The notes beneath the pieces are model-generated. The model saw only the letters and a list, made by a program, of their open reading frames with translations, made no database searches and was not told the DNA's origin. From Desulfurococcaceae archaeon (GTDB lineage: Archaea; Thermoproteota; Thermoprotei_A; Sulfolobales; Desulfurococcaceae), in the NCBI GenBank assembly GCA_038888155.1, contig JAWAJB010000001.1:288001-352000 (forward strand): a stretch of DNA of 64,000 nt. The letters are read 5' to 3'. Made by a program: the position numbers and the translations under genes. Positions 48,690 through 57,449 of the stretch are shown piece by piece. Within the stretch, counting starts at the first letter, position 1. Each line of letters starts with the position of its first letter.

Positions 48690-49337
48690 ATGCCTGAACT
48701 CAACAAAGAGCAACTAGCAAGCGCTTTGTCAAAAGCGGTAGAGCTCGGTAAGGGCCGAGGCTTCAAACAAAGCGTTGAGCTAGTGATAGCTCTAAAGGAT
48801 GTAGACATAAAGTCACAGCAACTTAAGATTAGGGAAACAGTTTACTTGCCGAGCGGCAGGGGAAGGGATCTAAACGTCTGCGTTGTAGGGGATGGAGATG
48901 TAGCCGAGGCCGCCAAAGAAGCTGGCGCGCATATGGTAGTGCAGAGCTCAGATCTCAAGGGGTTTGACAAGAAGAGGGCTAGAAAGATTGCGTCTGAGTG
49001 CGATTGGATCCTCGTTAGGTCAGAATTAATGGGCATAGTTGGCCGCGTCTTGGGACCAGCCCTAGGACCTAGGGGCAAAATACCAGTGCCTATTCCGCCT
49101 GGAGCCTCTATAAAAACGTTAGTGACAAGGTACAAGAATACTGTGCTAGCTAGGGTGAAGGACCAACCCATAATAATGACCGCTATTGGAACAGAGGACA
49201 TGAAGCCGGTTGACTTAGCCGAGAACGCTTACACAGTAATATCAGCAGTTGAGAGCAAGCTCCCCGCGAGGCTCGCAAATATAGGTAAAATAGTTGTGAA
49301 GACTACTATGGGCACACCCGTAGAGGTGCAACTGTAA
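48690..49337 (+). CDS. rpl1: 50S ribosomal protein L1
   Basis: FKQSVEL, LGPALGPRGK, KTTMG. Confidence 0.97.
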   Translation: MPELNKEQLASALSKAVELGKGRGFKQSVELVIALKDVDIKSQQLKIRETVYLPSGRGRDLNVCVVGDGDVAEAAKEAGAHMVVQSSDLKGFDKKRARKIASECDWILVRSELMGIVGRVLGPALGPRGKIPVPIPPGASIKTLVTRYKNTVLARVKDQPIIMTAIGTEDMKPVDLAENAYTVISAVESKLPARLANIGKIVVKTTMGTPVEVQL

Positions 49338-49342
49338 GCAGG

Positions 49343-50383
49343 GTGATAAGTGTGGCCGTATTAGTTGCATCAAAGAGAGAACGCGTACCTGAGTGGAAGA
49401 AAGAGATCGTATCAGAGCTAGTTGAGTTGATCAAGAGCAGCCGCGCCGTTCTAGTAGCTGACTTAACTGGTGTTCCCACTAGGCACGTACAGATGTTGCG
49501 CAAAAAGCTCAGCAACGATGCCTATATGAGAGTTGTAAAGCCTAGGCTTGCCCTTAAGGCTTTCGAGGCGCTTGGGCTGTCAGTGGATAGCCTTGAACAG
49601 TACATGACTGGGCAGGTAATGCTGATCCTCTCCTCGAGCAAGAACTCATTTGAGCTCGCAAACGTCATTGAGAACTTTGTTACACAGGATTACTTCAGCC
49701 CGGGAGAGGTCGTAGACAAAGAGGTAGTTATACCTGAAGGCAACACTGGGATACCGGCAGGACCCGTGCTAAGCGTATTCGGCAGGTTGAAGGTCCAGAC
49801 AAAGGTTCAGGGCAACGTAATACACGTAGCTAAGGATACAACCGTAGCTAAACCGGGCGACGTCGTCTCGCAAGACTTAGCAAGCATTCTACAAAAGCTC
49901 GGCCTAGCGCTTAAAGAAACGAGGATAAAGGTAAAGTGCGCATACGAAGAGGGGTTAATTGTTCCAGGCGAGAAGTTGAAGCTCAATGTACTAGAGTACC
50001 AGGATTTAATTAAGTCCGCAGCTGTGGACGCATTTAAACTGTCCGTTGAACTAGTGATACCTGAACCTCCTGTGCTCCAGTATGTCTTAGTTAGAGCAGA
50101 GAGGCAGGCAATTGTGCTAGCTGCAGAGGCAGGGTTCATAACTCCTGAGACAGCGAAAGAAGTGTTCCAAGCTGCGCACAGCAAGGCCGTGCTTTTAGCG
50201 CTAGAGATATCCAAGAGTGCTCCAGATCTCAACCTAGGGGTGTCGACTGCAGTAATACCCCAACAACAACGAGAAGCCGAAGAGAAGAAAGGCGCAGAGA
50301 AAAAGGAAGAAGAGAAGAAGGAAGAGTCAAAGGAGCTTAGCGAGGAAGCTCTTGCAGAGGGCTTTTCATCGCTTTTCGGCTAG
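49343..50383 (+). CDS. rpl10: 50S ribosomal protein L10/P0
   Basis: PEWKKEIV, IPEGNTGIPAGP, acidic tail ending LFG. Confidence 0.96.
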   Translation: MISVAVLVASKRERVPEWKKEIVSELVELIKSSRAVLVADLTGVPTRHVQMLRKKLSNDAYMRVVKPRLALKAFEALGLSVDSLEQYMTGQVMLILSSSKNSFELANVIENFVTQDYFSPGEVVDKEVVIPEGNTGIPAGPVLSVFGRLKVQTKVQGNVIHVAKDTTVAKPGDVVSQDLASILQKLGLALKETRIKVKCAYEEGLIVPGEKLKLNVLEYQDLIKSAAVDAFKLSVELVIPEPPVLQYVLVRAERQAIVLAAEAGFITPETAKEVFQAAHSKAVLLALEISKSAPDLNLGVSTAVIPQQQREAEEKKGAEKKEEEKKEESKELSEEALAEGFSSLFG

Positions 50384-50779
50384 AGAGGAGTATTTAAAAG
50401 CCCCTTATTACATCCTAACTTAGCTTAGAGGCACATGGTTCAATTTAAGGGTGATTAATATAGAGTACGTATATGCAACTCTATTGCTTTACAAGGCCGG
50501 CAAAGAGATAAACGAGGAGAACCTAAAGCACGTACTCGAAGCAGCTGGTGTAGCAGTAGATGAAATAAGAGTGAAGTCCCTTGTAGCTGCAGTTAAAAAC
50601 ATAGATATAGCTAAAGTGCTCGAACAGGTGCTAGCTGCGCCTGTTTCAGCTGCACCAGTATCTGCAGCGCCTCAACAGGCTCCTGCGCCCGCAGAGAAAA
50701 AGGAAGAAGAGAAGAAGGAAGAGTCAAAGGAGCTTAGCGAGGAAGCTCTTGCAGAGGGCTTTTCATCGCTTTTCGGCTA
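50293..50779 (+). repeat. Exact 90-bp direct repeat forming the 3' ends of rpl10 (50293-50382) and rpl12 (50690-50779)
   Basis: Nucleotide-identical, including third codon positions. Confidence 0.95.
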
Positions 50780-50780
50780 A
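50451..50780 (+). CDS. rpl12: 50S ribosomal protein L12/P1
   Basis: EYVYATLLL, Ala/Pro hinge, EEALAEGFSSLFG. Confidence 0.96.
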   Translation: MINIEYVYATLLLYKAGKEINEENLKHVLEAAGVAVDEIRVKSLVAAVKNIDIAKVLEQVLAAPVSAAPVSAAPQQAPAPAEKKEEEKKEESKELSEEALAEGFSSLFG

Positions 50781-50918
50781 TCTAGTATGTTTTTACGCTG
50801 ATACAAAGGCGGCGCACTCACGCCGCGTAGAAACCTTTAACTGCGTCAAGGCGCTGGGCATCTTTCCTCAGCAATAAATATTTTAAATGCACTATATAAC
50901 TTGCTTTATGGGATTACT

Positions 50919-53648
50919 ATGGATATAGGTGTGAACTACGACTACCTAAGAGTGAACTACAATTACAGCAGGTATAAGTGCAAAAATTGCGGGGAGTATT
51001 TCTGGAGTAGAGTTCCTAGGGACACATGTCCAGATCGACCGTGCAGTAAGTACGAGTTCCTATTCAAGGAATACAGGGGAGTTTATTCCCTCTCTATAAG
51101 CGATACTAGACAAAAATTCATTGATTTTCTCGTTAGGAGAGGCCATGGGGTAGTTCAGCCCTACCCAGTCTTAGCCAAGTGGAGAAACGACCTATACTTG
51201 ACAATAGCGTCTATAATTGTATTTCAGCCTTCAGTTACAGACGGCTTGGTTGATCCCCCCTACAATCCGCTAGTTGTAGTTCAACCTTCAATAAGGCTAA
51301 CTGACATCGACAATGTAGGATTGACTTTTGGAAGGCACCTCTCGAGCTTTGAAATGGGCGGAATGCACGCCTTTAACAAGCAGGGTAAAGTAATCTATTG
51401 GTCAGATGGGATATTGGAGAACACAATAGACTTCTTTACTAATGAAATCGGCGTAGAATTAGACGACTTAGTTTTCAAAGAGGGGTGGTGGGAGGGCGGC
51501 GGTAATGCCGGCCCCGCGCCAGAAGTTCTCATAGACGGCTTAGAGGTCGCGACACTAGTTCACATGGCGTACAAAGTAGTGAATGGGCAGCGCGAGCCCA
51601 ACCCCATACTAGTAGTTGACTGCGGCTATGGCATTGAGAGGATCGCTTGGTTTACACAGAAAACGCCTACAGGTTTCCACTCCATATACGGAGGTCTAGT
51701 CAAAAGATACAAGGATATCTTAGGAGTTGAAGAGCCCCCCTACGACATATTGAAGAACGCTGTATACGAGCTCAGCAACGCGGAAATTAGCGACATGAAC
51801 GACTTCGTGAAGCGAATACGCCAACTAGGACTAGAGGAGCGCATCAAAGACTTCTTAAATGCCATTTACCTTTACAGCACTCTTGACCACGTAAGAACGG
51901 CTGAGTTGATGTTAGCCGATGGAGCAGTTCCCTCCAACACTGGCGAGGGCTACTTAGTGAGGCTTATAATTCGAAGGCTCCTGAGAAACTTAGTTAAAAT
52001 GGGCGTTGAACACTACAACTTGCCTAAGGTGGTAGTAGCACTAGCAGAGGAGCAGGCGAAGTACTGGAAAAACGACTACATTTACGACAAGTTCAGCAAG
52101 CACGTAGACTACATAGCCGATGTGCTTGAAACTGAGGCAAATAAGTTCACGAACACAGTAATCCGCGGTATAGAGGTAGTTGAGAAAATTATCAAGAGAA
52201 AGAAGACTATCAGCGGAAATGACCTCGCCGAGCTATACGACTCTCATGGGATTCCTCCAGAGTTCGTAGCAGAGAGAGCGATGTCTTACGGCGTGCACGT
52301 AGAGATCCCGCGAGATTTCTACTCAATGATTGCCTCAAAGCACTCCTCTCCTCGCGCTTTAGCCAAGGAGAAAGAGCACGTCCTCTCAGAGGTTGTGTCT
52401 GAGTGGGCTGCAGGATTTAACAAGACGCGCGCGGCTTTCCACGAAAGCCCGTACACTACAAGCGCTCGCGCTAGGGTTCTAGGCGTAAGGGACAACAACG
52501 TAATCCTCGACGTCACTATAGCTTACCCGTGGGGAGGGGGACAGGATCACGACGTAGGTATTATAAGGCACGGCAGCCAAGACTACAAAATAACATATGT
52601 GGGAAAAGTTGGAGACGTTATAGTCCACGCGTTGGAGAGGCCTCCTCTGTTTAAACCGGGAGATGAAGTAGTGATTGAGATAGATTGGGAGAGGAGGTAC
52701 AAGCTCATGAAACACCACACAGCGACGCACATCGTCCTAGCTGCAGCTAGAAAGGTTCTCGGAGAGCACGTCTGGCAGGCAGGCGCTGAGAAAACTACAG
52801 AGAAGGCCCGCCTTGATATAACTCACCACAAATCGATAACAGAGGAAGAGCTGAAAAGAATAGAGGATCTCGCGAACGACATCGTTGCAAGCAGGTTGGA
52901 TTTGAAGTTTTGCTACGCTGACAGATTTAAAGCCGAGGAAACTTATGGGCCTAGAATCTACCAAGGAGGGGCAGTGTATTCGCCCCTGCTCAGAGTAGTT
53001 GAGATACCTGGGTGGGATGCACAGGCCTGTTTCGGCACGCACGTTTACAACACATCTGAAGTAGGCGGAATAAAGATCATAAAGTCAGAGAGAATACAGG
53101 ACGGCGTTATAAGGCTGGAGTTCATCGCTGGAATTAAGCTAGTCGAGTACATTAGGGAGCTCGAAGCCCAGAGAGAGGAAGCTCTAGCTGCAATTAACGT
53201 TAAAGACCGAGATATTGTAGCTGCTGTCAAAAAGCTGTACGCAAGCTATGTAGATCAAGACCGCCTGTTAAACACGTATAGGGAGGTTCTCAGCAAAATG
53301 GTCGTCGAAAAGGCCCTAGCAGAGAGAACGGATATCTGTGGAACTGCTGTATCTTATGTAGAGCTTCCACTTAGAGACGAGAAGCTAATTAAAGATATAG
53401 TAGAGGAGCTGTCATTTAAGAACAAGACTCTAGTGGCAATAGCGGCTGGGGATAGCATAGAGCTTTCAATAGACCCTGCTAGGGCCAAGGAATTAAAACT
53501 TGACTTAAGGGACATTATACAGCATTTAGCCAAGTACGAAGTTAAAGGAGGGGGAAAGGAAGATCATGTCTTCTTGAAGACTGCTAGCAAAATAAGCAAG
53601 GAAGATGTCTTAGGCGCCGTTAAAAACCTCATATGCGCCCAGAGATGA
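50919..53648 (+). CDS. alaS: Alanine--tRNA ligase
   Basis: LTIASI..FQP, GRHLSSFEM, VDCGYGIER, HHTATH editing motif, QACFGTH. Confidence 0.97.
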   Translation: MDIGVNYDYLRVNYNYSRYKCKNCGEYFWSRVPRDTCPDRPCSKYEFLFKEYRGVYSLSISDTRQKFIDFLVRRGHGVVQPYPVLAKWRNDLYLTIASIIVFQPSVTDGLVDPPYNPLVVVQPSIRLTDIDNVGLTFGRHLSSFEMGGMHAFNKQGKVIYWSDGILENTIDFFTNEIGVELDDLVFKEGWWEGGGNAGPAPEVLIDGLEVATLVHMAYKVVNGQREPNPILVVDCGYGIERIAWFTQKTPTGFHSIYGGLVKRYKDILGVEEPPYDILKNAVYELSNAEISDMNDFVKRIRQLGLEERIKDFLNAIYLYSTLDHVRTAELMLADGAVPSNTGEGYLVRLIIRRLLRNLVKMGVEHYNLPKVVVALAEEQAKYWKNDYIYDKFSKHVDYIADVLETEANKFTNTVIRGIEVVEKIIKRKKTISGNDLAELYDSHGIPPEFVAERAMSYGVHVEIPRDFYSMIASKHSSPRALAKEKEHVLSEVVSEWAAGFNKTRAAFHESPYTTSARARVLGVRDNNVILDVTIAYPWGGGQDHDVGIIRHGSQDYKITYVGKVGDVIVHALERPPLFKPGDEVVIEIDWERRYKLMKHHTATHIVLAAARKVLGEHVWQAGAEKTTEKARLDITHHKSITEEELKRIEDLANDIVASRLDLKFCYADRFKAEETYGPRIYQGGAVYSPLLRVVEIPGWDAQACFGTHVYNTSEVGGIKIIKSERIQDGVIRLEFIAGIKLVEYIRELEAQREEALAAINVKDRDIVAAVKKLYASYVDQDRLLNTYREVLSKMVVEKALAERTDICGTAVSYVELPLRDEKLIKDIVEELSFKNKTLVAIAAGDSIELSIDPARAKELKLDLRDIIQHLAKYEVKGGGKEDHVFLKTASKISKEDVLGAVKNLICAQR

Positions 53649-53708
53649 AAAGAGGCACTGAAGTTAAATATATATTTTCCCATAAACAGTAAACTAATAA
53701 AGACCGCA

Positions 53709-53802
53709 GGGCCCGTCGCCTAGCCAGGACAGGGCGCCGGCCTTCTAAGCTGGCCGGTGCGAGGCTAGCCGGAGGACCCGGGTTCAAATCCCGGCGGGCC
53801 CG
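53709..53802 (+). tRNA. tRNA-Arg(TCT) with a 19-nt canonical intron at 37/38 (53748-53766)
   Basis: GGGCCCG acceptor stem, CCGGC-CTTCTA^; BHB central helix CTTC/GAGG. Confidence 0.93.
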
Positions 53803-54091
53803 CTGTCCTTAAGCTACCAGCAAGCCTGTACTTGAACTCACATTGGAAAAAATAAACAAGCGGGCTCCTTAGTTGCGAAGTTAGAGCCTCTGGCATGCGC
53901 TTTTATCTGGCCCTTAAGAGGGACCTTGGGGGGTGCTTTGCCGAGCGCGTGAGGTAGGTTAACCGCTGTTGTTCCCTCCTTGCAGCTTGCTTGTGATTAT
54001 GATAATTTAAGGGGGGCGAGCTTTAGTTCACGCGCTCGCGCGTTACTACTCGCTTAATGCAGCTGAGGCTCGTTGACAGCTCTATAGTTCT

Positions 54092-54778
54092 TCAGATGTA
54101 AACGCTTTTGGTCGCTTTAAATCTAGCTGTCCAGTCCAGTAGCGTTCTCTTCTGTAGCTGCGGGATGGGGTGTTCCAACGTTTTCTCTGCAAATACTCTT
54201 GTGCCCTGTTGTTTAACGGGGTGCTTCACGAGATCGGCCAATATCCACTTATTTTTTCGCGTAAGCTTTACAATTACCTTCACTAGGTGGTGGTGTAGGC
54301 TACCGCCCTCGGGCATGTAGTAGCCGAAGTTTGATAGGCTGTTAAATAACAACACCCTGTTGGAAAGGGCCAGCCTGCCTATTATTCCTGTGATCTCTGT
54401 TGCCACAGTGTACTTTGAGGGGTTTTTGGGCAAGTACCTATAGGGGAACACTAAGAGCACCGTTGACCTCTGCACCTTCAAGAGCTCCTTGAGTATGTTC
54501 AATGTCTCTTTCAGCCTAAAGGCCCTCGAGATAAATATGCTGTCTGGCTTGCAATCGAGCACTCTGCAGAGCCTCGCGAAGTAGAGCGTGTCTATGCCGC
54601 CAAACTCCACGTTGAAAACAACGTGGACTGCGTTGTCCCTGCTTCTATAAACCATAGCGTAGTGCATCACGCGTAGCACTGCGTTACTATCCCCGTAGAG
54701 CTCTACAATCCAGCGCTCATCTATTGGCTCCAACAGCTCGTCAATAGGCTTAACGCCAGTTAGCCCCAAAGCTATCAT
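54092..54778 (-). CDS. Degenerate RadA-like protein associated with PolB2
   Basis: TGVKPIDELL, IVELYG with no GKT, ISRAF, PEGG..HHH; divergent from the PolB2 genes. Confidence 0.7.
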   Translation of the reverse strand: MIALGLTGVKPIDELLEPIDERWIVELYGDSNAVLRVMHYAMVYRSRDNAVHVVFNVEFGGIDTLYFARLCRVLDCKPDSIFISRAFRLKETLNILKELLKVQRSTVLLVFPYRYLPKNPSKYTVATEITGIIGRLALSNRVLLFNSLSNFGYYMPEGGSLHHHLVKVIVKLTRKNKWILADLVKHPVKQQGTRVFAEKTLEHPIPQLQKRTLLDWTARFKATKSVYI

Positions 54779-54881
54779 CTACTTTAGCAGAGCTCCCTAA
54801 AACTTGGAGAGGAGGCCGAAAGTAAGGCTAAGACCCTAGTGCTTAAATGCCCAGCGCAGTTGAGCTTTACATAGGGAGCTA

Positions 54882-55115
54882 ATGGGCCGCAACACACCTT
54901 CACTGAGAATAGTTGTCCGCGAGTATGTTGCTAGGTTAAGCAAGATAGCCGAGGTCTTGCCTCCTAGCGAAAAGAAGCTGTTTGATTGCTACCTCGAGGA
55001 CTTAGAGTCTACGCTATCGATATGCATGCACACGGGGGTAGCAGACCCAGTTGAGGTCTTCTTAGTGCACTTAATTCGCAAACTAAGTTATTTCGAGAAG
55101 TGCCGCGAGGAGTAG
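54882..55115 (+). CDS. Small helical protein associated with PolB2
   Basis: MGRNTPSLR N-terminus; position directly upstream of PolB2. Confidence 0.75.
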   Translation: MGRNTPSLRIVVREYVARLSKIAEVLPPSEKKLFDCYLEDLESTLSICMHTGVADPVEVFLVHLIRKLSYFEKCREE

Positions 55116-55164
55116 TTTCGGCGACCACTTCATTAAATAAAGTGCGCGTTAGTAAGGGCTACCC

Positions 55165-57072
55165 TTGAGTAGAGTGTGGCTACTGGACGCTTTTACTAAA
55201 AATGACGGTAGCGTAGCGTTTACGCTATACAACGAGGAAGACAGAACTGTAGAGGAGCGCCAAGCATCGCTGTGCTTCTATGGGTACATAGTAGCGAAAA
55301 GCCCTCAAGCTGTAGCTATGGAGTTAGAGAGCTTAGACGGCGTTGAGGGCGCCTGGGTTGAGGAGTGGAGAGCCCCTCCATACTACACTAATACATTAAG
55401 CGTAGTAGTGTTTAAGACAAAGAACTACGGGTTGCTCGAGAGGCTCATAAAGACAAGTGCCCTTAGAGGACTACAGGTAGTGAACACTTTTCCCCACCCG
55501 CTAGTAGAGGCTCTACGCAGAGCTGAGATCCGCCCTTTGCTGAAGCTTAGGGGCTGGAGGAGAGGGCTACCGGTGATGGCGCCTTGGGACTTCTCCGACG
55601 AGGACCCTGCGATAAGCTATGCGACTATCAGCTACGAGAGCGGCTACTACGTGCTTGAGACAGCTAGCGATAGAGAGCTATTTTGGGATCTCGGCGACCT
55701 AGCTAGTAGCGTCCTGTCGGGGAGGTTCTGCTTAGGGTTCAGCGATCCCCATATTTTCATTAAACTCGTAGAGCTCGAGCCCAGAGTCGCCTCAAGCGTT
55801 TACAGGTGGATTACTGGAGGGACTTTTAATCCCTCAGAGTACTTTATGTGGAGTAGACTCAGTTACACTCCCCTGAGCCTAATGAACAACGTAACAATAG
55901 GGAGAGTGCTTACTACTCTCGAAGCTTTAGTAGCTAGAGGTAAGCGATTTATCGTTGACAAATCTCACGGCAGGGAAGAGCCTTGGAGGAGTATGAGGGA
56001 TCTCCTAGTTAACGACAGGGGCGGAGTGGTCTACCAGCCCAAGCCTGGGCTCTACTGGAACGTGTGCCAGGTAGACTTCAAGAGCCTATACCCTAGCATA
56101 ATTGTCAAGTACAACGTGTCTGGGGAGACCGTCGATAGGCGCCCGTGTAACAATGCGCTAGAGCTCCCCTGGACGCCCCACAGGGTCTGCGCAGATGAGG
56201 AAGGCGTTGTTCCAGCCAGCATTAAAGAGCTACTCAACGCTAAGGAGCTCTACGAATTTCTCGCTAAGAAGACCAAGCTACCTCTATACGAGCACAGGAG
56301 GAGGGCCGTAAAGTGGATTCTAGTTGCTAGTTTCGGGTACCTCGGCTACAGGAACAGCTTGTTTGGCTCAATAATGGCGCACGAAGTAGTAACTAGCACT
56401 AGCCGCGAGGTGTTGAAGCGAGCTAGAGTTATAGCTGAGAGATACGGCTATAGGGTTATACACGCTATAGTGGACAGCGTCTTCATCGTTGGAGTGAAAG
56501 CGAAAGAGGACTGCGAATGCATTAAGGAGAAAATAGAAGAGGGGACGGGTTTTAAAGCTAAAGTTGAGGCGCACTACAAGTGGCTCTACATACCCCACTG
56601 CGTTGAGGGGCTCGGCGGGGCATCTAACAAGTACTACGGCTTGATCTCAGACGGCTCAAGGAAGATCAAGGGTATACTCGCTATTCGCAGGGACACGCCC
56701 TTGCTTGTAAAGAGAGCGCAACTAGAGGCCTTAGAGAAGCTCTTCGCAGCTGAGTTACCCGAGGAAATGCGCGCTAAGCTGGAGGAAGCACACAGGGTAA
56801 TAGACTCCTACGCAAAATTGCTAGAGCGGGGCACAGTTGATCCCAAAATGCTCGTGGTCTCTAGGGGCAGCGGAGAGCGAGATTATAAGAGTCCTCCAAA
56901 TTACGCCTTGGAGTCAGCTCCGCCCTTTAGGCTTCTCTACGCGTCAAGCAGGTTAGTGCCTTTTAGTGAGGAAATTCTAGGGAATGTAGATACCTATAAA
57001 TATATCGACCTCTTGGAGAAAGCAAGAGGAGAACTACCGCTTAGAGAGGAGGTTGTCGCAGCTAGGCATTAG
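55165..57072 (+). CDS. polB2: Family B DNA polymerase, PolB2 group (degenerate exonuclease)
   Basis: RGGVVYQP, DFKSLYPSII, KWILVASFGYLG, HAIVDS in place of YGDTDS, KIKG..RRD. Confidence 0.88.
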   Translation: MSRVWLLDAFTKNDGSVAFTLYNEEDRTVEERQASLCFYGYIVAKSPQAVAMELESLDGVEGAWVEEWRAPPYYTNTLSVVVFKTKNYGLLERLIKTSALRGLQVVNTFPHPLVEALRRAEIRPLLKLRGWRRGLPVMAPWDFSDEDPAISYATISYESGYYVLETASDRELFWDLGDLASSVLSGRFCLGFSDPHIFIKLVELEPRVASSVYRWITGGTFNPSEYFMWSRLSYTPLSLMNNVTIGRVLTTLEALVARGKRFIVDKSHGREEPWRSMRDLLVNDRGGVVYQPKPGLYWNVCQVDFKSLYPSIIVKYNVSGETVDRRPCNNALELPWTPHRVCADEEGVVPASIKELLNAKELYEFLAKKTKLPLYEHRRRAVKWILVASFGYLGYRNSLFGSIMAHEVVTSTSREVLKRARVIAERYGYRVIHAIVDSVFIVGVKAKEDCECIKEKIEEGTGFKAKVEAHYKWLYIPHCVEGLGGASNKYYGLISDGSRKIKGILAIRRDTPLLVKRAQLEALEKLFAAELPEEMRAKLEEAHRVIDSYAKLLERGTVDPKMLVVSRGSGERDYKSPPNYALESAPPFRLLYASSRLVPFSEEILGNVDTYKYIDLLEKARGELPLREEVVAARH

Positions 57073-57248
57073 CAATTAACTGACCACTTTCTCCTTTGAG
57101 CGAAAAAGTTTTAATATAGACCGCGCGATCGCGCGAAGAGCTAGAGCGCCTCGAGCTGTAAGCCTAAGTAAAATTGGCTCTGGAAAACGCGAGGGATTTC
57201 AGGGTATTTTAAGGGAGAAAGAAAAATAACCAATAACAAGGTGATAGT

Positions 57249-57428
57249 GTGCCCAGCGCCGTAGATCCCGTGTGCGGAATGACAGTCGACACTGAGAAGT
57301 CGAAGTATAAGTCCATATATAAGGGCGTAATTTACCACTTCTGTAGCAAGTACTGTAAGAGTGAGTTTGATCAGAACCCTGAGCGATATTTAATGGGCGG
57401 CCCTAAGGGGATGCCAGAGCGCACGTAA
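57249..57428 (+). CDS. YHS/TRASH-domain metallochaperone (not in ORF track)
   Basis: DPVCGMTV...YHFCSKYCKSEFDQNPERY; directly upstream of copA. Confidence 0.9.
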   Translation: MPSAVDPVCGMTVDTEKSKYKSIYKGVIYHFCSKYCKSEFDQNPERYLMGGPKGMPERT

Positions 57429-57449
57429 TGTAAACTTTAGGGATTCAAG

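Noticed and set aside
50809-50826. GCGGCG/CGCCGC hairpin after rpl12
   Set aside because: Only a 6-bp stem with no following U-tract; the upstream T-run is an adequate archaeal terminator, so it is not called.
53990-54070. Possible C/D-box sRNA (ATGATAA...CTGA) downstream of tRNA-Arg
   Set aside because: Box C is imperfect, no clear D'/C' boxes, and the spacing is too long.
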